From Camelus dromedarius (taxonomy: Eukaryota): a stretch of DNA of 64,000 bases. Shown here piece by piece: positions 37,331 through 48,305 of the stretch (its first letter is position 1; every line of letters begins with the position of its first letter). The translations under genes and the position numbers were made by a program. Location of the stretch: the NCBI RefSeq assembly GCF_036321535.1, contig NC_087472.1, positions 95,606,001 to 95,670,000 of the forward strand. The letters are read 5' to 3'. The notes beneath the pieces were generated by a model. The model was not told where the DNA came from and ran no database searches. It saw only the letters and a program-made list of their open reading frames with translations.

Positions 37331-38439
37331 GATACCACCTACTATTTTATAGACAAAAGAGAGGCCACTAGACAGGAACTCCCTCATCTTTCTGCTTCCA
37401 AACACAGAAACCTACACACATCTGTGTTCACCCTGAGCGCTTTCCCCAACCTGACCCTTTATGGTAGAGCTGAGGCCTGCTTCTCAGCCAAGGCCAATTC
37501 CTTGATGCTTTGGATCCCATTTTCCTCTGGCCCTCTCTAGAAACTTACTTTTTCATTACTTCTTTTCTCTTATATATTCAACCTCCTTCCTCAAATAGAC
37601 CATCCTCTTCCATCCCACATTCTACAAGAGTGACCTATCTCCATCTTCTGCCTCTTAGCAAAACTTCTCCCAAGAGGTGTCTATACTTATGATCCACCTC
37701 TCTTCACCTCCTAGTTATTCTCCAGTTAACTCTAACCTGGTTACCACATCTCCACTCTACTATGTGGCTCATCTTAAAGCCACCAATGACATCCATGCTT
37801 CTAAACTCAAAGGGAACACTTTTCAGTCTTTGCCTTCTTTGACATCTCAAGAACATCTGTCACTATGAACCAATCACCCTTTCAAATACTCTCTGTCCTC
37901 GGCTTCCACAACACATTCCCTTCTCCCGTTTTCCTCTCACATTTCTGTTCATTCCTTCTTAGCCTTATTTTCAGACTATCCTCTCCTAAGCCACTAAATA
38001 GTTTGAGGCCCTCTTTTCTTCCCAGTTCTTTCTATGTAAAATCCTAACCATGACTTTGATCACCATCTTTATGCAGATAATTCATAAATTTCTATCTCCA
38101 GCAGGTTCCAAAGCTATACATATGCCCATCTGCTTACTTGGCATTCCACTTAGTTGCCTCAAACGTACCCCAAACTCTACCTGTCCAAAATCGAACTCAC
38201 AACCTCCTGTGCCCTTCCCTTGGCACACAAACACACACTGAAGCATGTTCCTATTCAAGCACTTCCTACCTCAGCAAATGGGACCACCATCCACTGATTT
38301 TCTCAAACCAGAATTACAGGAATCATCCTTCACATTTCCCCTTCATTCTCTGCTTCCAAATTATTCCTGAATGCAATTAATTTTGCCTCCATGTCTCTTG
38401 AAACCCTTTCTTTCTCCTCATTTCAGCTACTACCTTCCT

Positions 38440-39530
38440 TTTTTTTTTTGAGAGGTTTTTTTTAAACACTTTTTATTGATTTATAATCATTTTACAATGT
38501 CGTGTCAAATTCCAGTGTTCAGCACAATTTTTCAGTTATACATGAACATATATATATTCATTGTCACATTTTTTTCTCTGTGAGCTACCATAAGATTTTG
38601 TGTATATTTCCCTGTGCTATACAGTATCATCTTGTTTATTTATTCTACAATTTTGAAATCCCGTCTATCCCTTCCCACCCTCCGCCCCCTTGGCAACCAC
38701 AAGTTTGTATTCTATGTCTATGAGTCTATTTCTGTTTTGTATTTACGCTTTGTATTTTGCTGTTGTTGTTGTTTTTGTTTTTGTTTTTTAGATTCCACAT
38801 ATGAGTGATCTCATATGGTGTTTTTCTTTCTCTCTCTGGCTTACTTCACTTAGAATGACATTTTCCAGGAGCATCCATGTTGCTACAAATGGCATTATGT
38901 TGTCGGTTTTTATGGCTGAGTAGTATTCCATTGTATAAATATACCACCTCTTCTTTATCCAGTCACCTGTTGATGGACATTTAGGCTGTTTCCATGTTTT
39001 GGCTATTGTAAATAGTGCTGCTATGAACATTGGGGTGCAGGTGTCATCCTGAAGTAGGGTTCCTTCTGGATATAAGCCCAGGAGTGGGATTCCTGGGTCA
39101 TATGGTAAGTCTATTCCTAGTCTTTTGAGGAATCTCCACACTGTTTTCCATAGTGGCTGCACCAAACTGCATTCCCACCAGCAGTGTAGGAGGGTTCCCC
39201 TTTCTCCACAGCCTCTCCGGCATTTGTCATTTGTGGATTTTTGAATGACAGCCATTCTGACTGGTGTGAGGGGATACCTCATTGTAGTTTTGATTTGCAT
39301 TTCTCTGATAATTAGTGATACTGAGCATTTTTTCATGTGCCTTTTGATCATTTGTATGTCTTCCTTGGAGAATTGCTTGTTTAGGTCTTCTGCCCATTTT
39401 TGGATTGGGTTGTTTATTTTTTTCTTATTGAGTCGTATGAGCTGCTTATATATTCTGGAGATCAAGCCTTTGTTGGTTTCATTTGCAAAAATTTTCTCCC
39501 ATTCCGTAGGCTGTCATTTTGTTTTACTTA
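38440..39530 (-). mobile_element. Young L1, 5'-truncated (1.09 kb), uninterrupted ORF2 C-terminal 225 aa
   Basis: ORF 38788-39465; poly(T) at left; perfect 16-bp TSD cagctactaccttcct at 38424-38439 / 39531-39546. Confidence 0.98.
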
Positions 39531-39659
39531 CAGCTACTACCTTCCTAATCCATGCCATCACCACCTGTTAGCTAGACTACTTCAGTCATCTACCCATTAA
39601 CCTGATGGCATCTCCTTGTACCTTGCTCTACAGACTGATCTTTTCAAAACACAAATCAA

Positions 39660-40560
39660 GACTTCCAGTGCAGGCCAAGCTGAAGTAAGCTCTCTGTAGT
39701 CTCTCTCCCAAAGATTATAACTAAATACTTATAATACAGTGATTACAACGAAATACTCTGGATGCAAGAGGCAACTCCCTGAGGACTCTGTAAAGTAAAC
39801 AATGGCAAGGAAGTTGGGGAAAGAAGTCAAAATTTTAAAAAGCAATTAATATGGTAGTTGAGTTTCTACATATTGTCCCCTTACCTCCTCCATCTTTGAC
39901 ACAAATTACAAAACTGTGTGGTGTATCCAGGCAGCAGAAGCTCTGGGAGAAACCCCATGTTCCTGACCAGAGGACAAGAAAAGGGGGTGCTTGCAAATGG
40001 TAGAGTATGGAAAATTCCTATCTATATTTTTTCTCTCCTTGCCGTTCTCTGTAGAGGATCTCAATCACTGAACTGAGATCACTGGCATCATAGACAGGCA
40101 AAACTCCAAGAGAAACTCTGTCTTTCTAGACAGAGGAATTTTTAAAGAGGCCTATGGCATGGATACTATGGGAAAAAATCCTTGGTTTCTCCCTCTCTCC
40201 CTCTCTTTCTCTCTCTCTCCCTCCCTCTTTCTCTCTCTCCTCACTACTTTATCCCGAGGGCAATTGTAGTCACACAGAAATGCATGGCAGCAGCACCGGA
40301 GATTAAAACTTCAAGAGAAATGCTGCCTTTCTGGTCAACTGACCAGAAAGAGGGGCATCTGAGATCCACAGAGTATGGGAAGTATCCTGGAAAGGAGTGG
40401 TCTGGAGAAAGGGATGCCTTAACTTTGTCTCTAAACCCCTCCGCTGTGCATGCGTGGGACATACCCAAAGCAGGTATGATCTAAAGGACTTGAACAACAT
40501 GGTCAATCAACTTGACCTAAATGAAATTTATAAAACACTCTACTCAAAACAAGTAGCTAC
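39660..40560 (+). mobile_element. Ancient L1 5' region plus endonuclease-domain fragment
   Basis: Starts gacttcc; internal diverged repeats; DLNNMVNQLDLNEIYKTLY matches an ORF2 EN segment. Confidence 0.6.
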
Positions 40561-40574
40561 TACTGTACATCTAT

Positions 40575-40856
40575 TAGAACAGTTAAAGCAAAATGCTCCT
40601 TGACATTGGTCTTGGCAATGATTTTTTTGGATATGACATCAAAAGTCCAAGCAACAGAAGGAAAAATTAACAAGTAGGACTACATGAAACTAAAAAGTTT
40701 CTGCAAAACTAAGGAAACAGCCAACACAATGAAGAGGCAACCTATGGAATGGGAGAAGACATTTCCAAATCACATATCAATTAAGGGTTTAATATCCAAA
40801 ATATTTCAGGAACTCATAAAATAGTAAAGACATAATCCAATTAAAAAATGGGCAGA
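40575..40856 (+). mobile_element. L1MA-like ORF2 fragment
   Basis: ctccttgacattggtcttggcaatgattttt..aattaaaaaatgggca. Confidence 0.85.
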
Positions 40857-41023
40857 CTTACCCTATGATCCAGCAATCCCATTCCTGGGCATATATCTGA
40901 AGGAAACTCTAATTTGAAAAGACATATGCACCCCAATGTTCATAGCAGCACTATTTACAATAGTCAAGACATGGAAGCAACCTAAATGTCCATCAACAGA
41001 TAACTGGATAAAGGAATTGTGGC

Positions 41024-41058
<35 letters not shown>

Positions 41059-41476
41059 ATGTATACACAATGGAATACTACTCAGCCATTAAAAAGACTA
41101 AAATAATGCCATTGGCAGCAACATGGATGGACCTGGAGATCATCATACTAAGTGAAGTAACTCAGAAAGAAAAAGAAAAATACCATATGGTATCACTATT
41201 ATGTGAAATCAAGAGAAAAAAAAAGGACACAAATGAACTTATTGACAAAACAGAGACAGATTCACAGATATAGAGAACAAACTTATGGTTACCAGTGTGG
41301 AAAGGAGGTGGGGAGGGATACACTGGGAGTTCAGGATTTGCAGATACTAACTACTGTATATAAAATAGACAACAAGGTCCTACTGTGTAGCACAGGGAAC
41401 TATATTCAATACCTTGTAATAGCCTATAATGGAAAAGAATATAAAAAGGAATATATATATAAATCACTATGCTGTG
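40857..41476 (+). mobile_element. Lineage-specific L1 3' region lacking its terminal poly(A); internal (TA)n at 41025-41048
   Basis: [23 protein letters not shown]; 3'UTR stops at aatcactatgctgt. Confidence 0.92.
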
Positions 41477-41594
41477 ACAAGTACTGGTTAAACTAATACC
41501 AGAAGGTTTAAAGTATTTATGGATGTTCTGAAGCAGCTGAGTAGAGATAAACAAGAAGACAAGTGTAAATAGAAGGGAATAAAAGACCAGGTTA

Positions 41595-41740
41595 GAGGGG
41601 AAAGTATAGCTCAGTGGTAGAGGGTGTGCTTAGCATGCACGAGGTCCTGGGTTCAATCCCCAGTACCTCCGCTAAAAAATAAATAAACAAGCCTAATTAC
41701 CCCCCAAACAACAAGTAATAAAATTAAAAAAAAAAAAAAA
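41595..41740 (+). mobile_element. tRNA-Ala-derived SINE (Vic-1-like), long form
   Basis: gtatagctcagtggtagag..cttagcatgcacgaggtcctgggttcaatccccagtacctcc; TSD core caggtta / caggtca. Confidence 0.94.
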
Positions 41741-43479
41741 CAGGTCAAGAGCACCTTCCACACATGTAAGGAAAATGAAGAAATTTACAGTTAAAGAGGT
41801 AATGTCTCAGGCATCAAAATCAAGATCTTTGAGTTGACTGAGTCTTAATACAGTAAGATCCAAGGTATATCTGGCTGTGGTCTCAATGCCCGAAGAGATA
41901 ACGTGTTTTGCTATAAGTTGTGAAGGCTTAAAGTTGCTTAGCTGGACATTTTCTTAGCAGAATTGGTGTGACTAGTTCCTGCTTATAGCTATAAATTGTA
42001 ATTTCTTTGGCAGCCTTTTTCCGATTTATTTCCTACCCTAATTTCCATTTTGTGTATGGAAGTGAATCTAAATACTTATTGCAGACTTATCATAAAAAAT
42101 ATATAGCATCTTCAATATATTATATGTATTTCATTTATAAATAACATAAATATACAAGTGAAAAATGTCACATACATCATGACTTTCCCAAAAAGAGGAA
42201 TTATTTTTTCAAGAGATAAACATTAAACAAACAGTATTTAAATGATTTTTATGCCATTTCTTAATGGTATTAAAATACTGTCTCTCTCCCAAAAATATTA
42301 TGCTTGTAACTGTTCTAAGAAAAGTGATGACTGAATATGCTTCATCTTTTTAAATCTTAGTTTAACACCCTCTAACATAGGAATTTTAAGTTATAATTCT
42401 AAGTTTAGCTTATTATAATTCTTAGTTGTAATAGCTGCTGTAACTGAAGAAGATATATCACAAAAATATGTACTTACAAATGGAAGAAATGCATCAATGC
42501 CCATGATTACCGAATCATGATACTTGCTTTCTGTTCCATAACCAACTGTACACAGTGGGTTTGGGGGCAAATAGGCCAGTAAATTTCCACCCTCCTTAAT
42601 ACTAATCCATTATTCTTGCAAATTAATCAGAATGTGCCAAAGTTTTAGATCTTTAACAAACCGTCTCAAATCCCACCAAAAATTCTTTTTTGAAAAATTT
42701 TAAAGGTGTTAGAAAGCCCTGTTTCTGACGTGTGCATGCGGGCGTGTGTCTGTGTGTGATAATTATATGTGACACTGGTTTTCAGTGACAAAAATCTCAT
42801 CAGGAAGGAAACATTCCCAAACATCTATTTCCAAAATGCACTCCCCATTATACAAGTTTGTTTTGAAAAGCAGTTACTTTCTCTCATAGTGTCAAAACAT
42901 CAACTTTATTTTGAAGATATAAATTGTATACACATGTGTACATGTGAATAAATATAAGGAAGTACTCAGAATGCTCTTAATCCTCAGTTTCTTGGCAGAA
43001 TTCCTTTTAATCTACTGGTCCACTGGAGACCAATAAATTAATTAGTATGTAATAAAGTTAACGTATACCATAAATCCACTAAACAGGGCATCAATTAACT
43101 GAAATACACAAAAGACTGAAACAAGTAAGTGGGCACCATCCAGCCTCCTGAATTCCTTGTGGCCAAACAGGAGCTGTAATTATCTCACAAATGAAATGAA
43201 AAGATGCATCTAAATCAGCTTGTATGTTACATAATAACAAAGCCTAATTTCTTTCAAAAGGTAAATAAAAATAGAAACTAAATTTTCAATCCACAAATGT
43301 TCTCTCTGTGGTACACGCATTCCACTATGTATCACAGCAAATCCATTTAAGGAAACATTTACAAGCAATAAAATAATATGACAGAATAATCATTACATAG
43401 GAGAAAACACAATATACCCTTAGAGTGAAAAGTAGCTTACCAATAGTATTTTTCTATAGGTGGGACAGAGGAAATACTT

Positions 43480-43645
43480 TTATATATGGGTGAATACAGG
43501 CAAAGAAAAGTTACTAGAAGAATACACACCAAAATGTCAGCAGCAATTACTCTGGATGGTATGACTATGGGTAGTTTCTACTTCCCTGCGTGTTTTTCTT
43601 TTGCATTTTACAAAATGTCTTCAATCATTTTGTAATCAGAGGAAG
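43480..43645 (+). mobile_element. L1ME-like 3' fragment
   Basis: agaagaatacacaccaaaatgtcagcagcaattactctggatggt. Confidence 0.6.
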
Positions 43646-43749
43646 ACATACTACTTTTTTCCTCCACTATTTTCACAAAAAGTATGTCTTATCTCATTAT
43701 TTCATAACAAGATTGTTCTGAACTATGATGACTATACAGTGTCCACTCT

Positions 43750-43975
43750 ATTCATTCATTCATCAAAAGGTTGACAGTTCACTATGTACCAGCCACTGCC
43801 CCAGACCACAGGGGAAACAATAAGGAGCAGAAACAGACTCTGTTCCTGCCCTCATGAGGGAGAAGTAGACAGTAATCAACAAATTAAAAACACAACAGTA
43901 GTAAGAGCTATGAATGGAGAGTGTATGGGGCCATAGAAACCCAAAAAGGGAGACCTAACTTAGAATGGAGGAAAA
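43750..43975 (-). mobile_element. L2 3' end
   Basis: ttcattcattcatcaa..tatgtaccagccactg..ttcctgccctcatgag. Confidence 0.75.
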
Positions 43976-44459
43976 AAGATACTGCAGGTATTTGGTGTAT
44001 GTCCAGACCTCTCATTTAAAACATTTTAAATGAGAATGCTGTAAATTTTCATTCAAAACCAAACTGTGATTATCTGTGGGTTCTCTGTGGTTTTCTAGTA
44101 TTTATGTCTCTATTCCCTTCTATTAGGATGAATTACAAACAGTTGCTTGAACTTCCCAAAGCATAAGAAAATGAGAGACCTACGGAAAGAATACTCTGGC
44201 AAAAGCAAAATGACTCAAAAACAAACTTTAAGCTCTCTTGTGGTGTTTCTACAAGGTGAAAATCTAAAGTAAACTTTTCATCTAACCATAAGAAATGATG
44301 AGAAGATCGAAATCCTAACAGAAGTAGAATTTCTAGTGAGCCAGTCCCCAGAGAGATGGGTCCCATTTACTGTGTTTCCTTGGTTACCACTAAAAATTGG
44401 TGAAAGACATTTGGGAACAATTAGGATTAATAGGAAAGATATGACAAGATTGAACTTAC

Positions 44460-44600
44460 CTTAGAGAGAGTTAGACAGACACTGTCAATTTCATGGTGCC
44501 GCCCTTCCCAATTTATACATTTCACCAACGCGCAAATGACTCAAAAGAAAGATGCAGACAAATCCAGCTTTCATATTGCGCTCCTCAAAATGCCAGACAT
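44460..44600 (-). other. Candidate 141-nt exon (non-coding/poison-type) or conserved non-coding element
   Basis: Minus strand reads tttacag|ATGTCTGG..CTCTAAG|gtaagt; stops in all three frames; retained CpGs; no repeat similarity seen. Confidence 0.4.
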
Positions 44601-46504
44601 CTGTAAATTAATACAGATTATCATCTCATCTGGTTTCCTAATATTGCTCTCCTAAGGCATTTTAGAGGGTCAGTGACTTTTCAATTCCTTAAATCATTTC
44701 TGCCAACACTGTTGCTCATGGTAAATAGCTAGAAGCCTAAATATGCTATGTTCCTTTCCTTGATTAAAATGTAAATCTTTCCAAACATATTGATTTTATC
44801 TTTGTAAAAGCAGAGTATACTGTCTGGCATTTTGCAAAGCTCTGAGTCACACGGGATGATGGGAATTTTAAAGAGAGATGCCACCACTCTGCCCACCATT
44901 ATCATTTCTTCTGGTGAGAAATGAAATGGTCCTGAACAGTGCACCAGATCACACCTGGGCTACACCAAAGGTACTGGCCATTCTTTTAAGAAGACTTCAT
45001 GATTAAGAGTCCATGTGACAGACAGACCTGTGACACTGTAGACAATTGAGTTCCTGAATTTGGGGGCAGGACTGAATGTTGATTAGTGTCAGTTCCCTCT
45101 TTGGGTGAAGAAAGATGATGCTAAGGTGTTCTTTTTCCTGCCTCTCCCAGAAAGATGAGCAAAAAGGCAGGGTGTCACAGTTAACGACTCTCTCAGCTCC
45201 ATTACTCCTGGCCTAGCATCTAAGAGAGGTAAATGACTTCACTGATTAGAAAATGAATCTTGAAAATGCAAGAGCTGCACAGAATACTGGCCCAGAATTG
45301 CACAGGTATGTGAATGCAAGTTGGAGAATAAATTCCTTTAAAATTACCACCTGTGAAAATGCACTCTTAATGATGGGTGTTTTGGTCCAATGATCATCAC
45401 TGATAATATCATTAAATACTCTGTCCTGTTACTAAATGCAAGAATAGTTTGGATATCTAAATATGCAAATTTTTAAACATTAGAAATCTAGCTCAATTCA
45501 CACCAACCCTTCAGAAGAGATATGCCTTATTTCTGAGCCCCCTTTTTGCCTGAAGAAGTCATATCTTAATAGTATAACAAAGTTGAAGGCAGGCCGTAAG
45601 AGAGAGATGTTGATAGTGACGGCCATATGGACATTTCTGTAATCTACTGAATGTCATAATATAGCAACTTAGTTGCTTCCTGGGTATGAGGTAGACATTT
45701 TGAGAGGAACCTTAATTTGTTCAGTCTACTAATACACCATTCAGTAAATTACATCCCCAGGGTATTAAATAGCATCATAATGGTCAGAAACAAAGATAAG
45801 ATTGGAAGTACATTATATGCTGTTGCAGAGAGTACTTCATTCACGCCATGAAATTTGGCCCAAAGATTATTTAATCCAGTGCACTGAGGATTACTAATGT
45901 GGTACACAAAATGTACACAGTATATACTTTTGTCTTTGGTGCAGAGACAAATATTTCCTTTAATAGACATTTCCACATGTAATACATAGAAAGACATTAG
46001 ACCACAAATGCTGAACAAAATATGGTTAGAACTCCTGGGTTTTGTTTCTGTCCCATCTCTATCAGGCATCCCTTTTGTCTTCTCTCCTTTGTGGAGGAAG
46101 CTACAAGATTATTTCCTCAGGATTCTTTCCTCATTCGGTGAGGACCTCGTGCCAAAGGATGAACCAGGTACAAACATCACCCAATAAACACGACCACAAA
46201 GAAAATTCAGTAGGATGACAGTAGCAGTTGTGCTACTTGCCTTAATTAAAGTTATTATGTATCCACTGAGACAGATGCCAAATCACAGTTATTTCACAGA
46301 TTACCAATGAACGTCAAGTAAGAGAAAACAAAGATAAAACACAGCTCAGGTGAATAAAAAAGAAGACAGAAGAGAGACATAAGAAAGAAGAATGGGGTAA
46401 GATTACAAATAAGAATACATTTGTGACAGTCTTGATGCCAAAGTCACATGGGTGGCCAAACACAGGGATTCAGATAAGCAAACCCAGGCTAGCAATGGAG
46501 TGGT

Positions 46505-46650
46505 AGAGTCAGAATTCTAATACCAGATGGGGCCTCAGGGAGTCATCTATCAAACAAGGAAGCTGAGTCCCAAAGGGGAAGAACAACATGCGCAAAGTCA
46601 CGTGGATCATCAGTTACAGTGATTGAAGCGCATATGGGTTCGGTCTTTTC
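46505..46650 (-). mobile_element. MIR fragment
   Basis: aggaagctgagtcccaaagggg..caaagtcacg. Confidence 0.5.
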
Positions 46651-47778
46651 CTCCTTAGCATTAAACAATGGCAATGAAATGCATAAATTGAGGAAAGTGG
46701 TTCTTGGTCCTAGAGAAGCTGAGCTGTTCCTCTCAGAGTTTGAAGGCCCCAGACTCCTTCAAGGGCACTATTCCATACGAAGAAAGGCAAAAAAAAAAAA
46801 AAAAAAAAAAGTGCCTAAGTGCCTAACACACCTCTAATTATACATCATCTTTAAAACCCAATTCCACTATGTTGGTAAATTCCTTGAAATGAACTCAACT
46901 GCTGTGTGAGACAACACTGGCTTTTTTTGCTTTGTTGCTATACTGTGTGTCTAGCCCCAGAAAACAAACAAAATAACACCATTCTGTGAACGGAGCCACT
47001 AGATTGTATTATTTAATATTCCTGATAGACAATAGTCATTTTTGCAAGTGGCATCTGGCCAAGATTCTGGGTCTCAAAGAGTGTCTCAACTGTGCTCAAT
47101 CACTGCATCTCCCTCTATTTAAAAAACGCACTGAGATTTCTAGAACCCCCAGCAATCAATCTGCTTGATTAATGAAATTTTTTTTCTAAGGCTTTTGTTT
47201 TCCTGGCACTGGCTCTCAAAAAATGAGACGCTCATTTCCTCCTCCATTTGGGGTTGCTAGGAAAGAGAGATTTGGTGATAAATATTTATTATCTTCCAAT
47301 TCCTGTCTCCCTTATGGTGGGGTTATTGCTTTATTCAGTTCCAGAGCTAAGAAAGATGTCTGTCGTGTCACTAATAATAAACAAAGCTGTAGTGTGTGTG
47401 CAATAATGAATTAAGCTCATCCTAGCCCATCTGTGCATCACCATTCACAGACTTCTTGTCAAAGGAAGGTTCTGTAGAATCCACAGATCCTTGGTCCTCT
47501 CATTATGTAAGTAATCTGTGGGAAGAGGCGAGTTAAGTTGTAAACTATTATTATACAAAGTGAGCAACCTCTTTTCCCAAATACATGTCTGGCAATGAAG
47601 CAAAATTCTAGCTATTGCTGCCCCAGGGTTGAGGGTGAAAAAAAAAAAAGGAAAAATTACCAAGACTCCTGTGATCATGGAGAATCAACAGAGCAGGCTC
47701 CCTATGGAAATTAAGCAGGTACAGAGAGGCAAGGATAAGTCTGGACTTACTCACTTTTTCCATTTCTTGGTCAACTTA

Positions 47779-47917
47779 CTTTTTTTGTTTTTTGCAGGGG
47801 TAGGGAGGTAATTAGGCTTATTTATTTATTTATTTATTTGGAGGTACTGGGGATTGAACCCAGGACCTCATGCATGCTAAGCACACACTCTACCACTGAG
47901 CTATACCCTCATCCCCC
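47779..47917 (-). mobile_element. tRNA-Ala-derived SINE (Vic-1-like), long form
   Basis: TSD tcttggtcaactta (47765-47778) / tcttggccaattta (47918-47931). Confidence 0.95.
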
Positions 47918-48134
47918 TCTTGGCCAATTTAGAATGCTTCCCTCAATGAGCAGTGAGCCTTTTCCAACCTGCTTCATAAAAATTTCACTAAAAACATTTC
48001 TACTGTTTTCCTTCTTTAATTGGTCTCTAGTAAACGGCACTGTGAGTATTTATTGTTGACAATAAACCCCCGTTCTCTTCTACAAAAAGGCTTCCACATT
48101 TCCTTAACCTATGGCTAATAACAGATCCCCTAAA

Positions 48135-48305
48135 TTTATGCTTCTCAAACTTTAATGAGCCCACAAACTGCCTAGGAATCTTGTTAAAATGTGGATTCTG
48201 ATTCAGCAGTTCTGAGCTGGGACCTGAGATTCTGCGTGTCTAGCAAGCCCTCGAGTGGATGCCAATGCTGCCGTGTGCAGAGCTCCCTTTGAGGAGCAAG
48301 ACTCT
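48135..48305. mobile_element. MER5-like hAT-Charlie element
   Basis: tgcttctcaaacttt..cttgttaaaatgtggattctgattcag..cctgagattctgc..ctttgaggagca. Confidence 0.8.

Larger units (their letters stand above)
37150..39655 (+). mobile_element. L2 ORF2/3' region, split by two L1s
   Basis: Pyrimidine-rich L2 sense sequence (cactctact..caccaatgacatcc; ctcggcttccacaacac; ccatgccatcaccacc..ctagactac). Confidence 0.75.

Noticed and set aside
38788..39465. Longest ORF (225 aa) as a host gene
   Set aside because: It is the L1 ORF2 C-terminus inside a TSD-flanked, 5'-truncated element lacking EN and RT.
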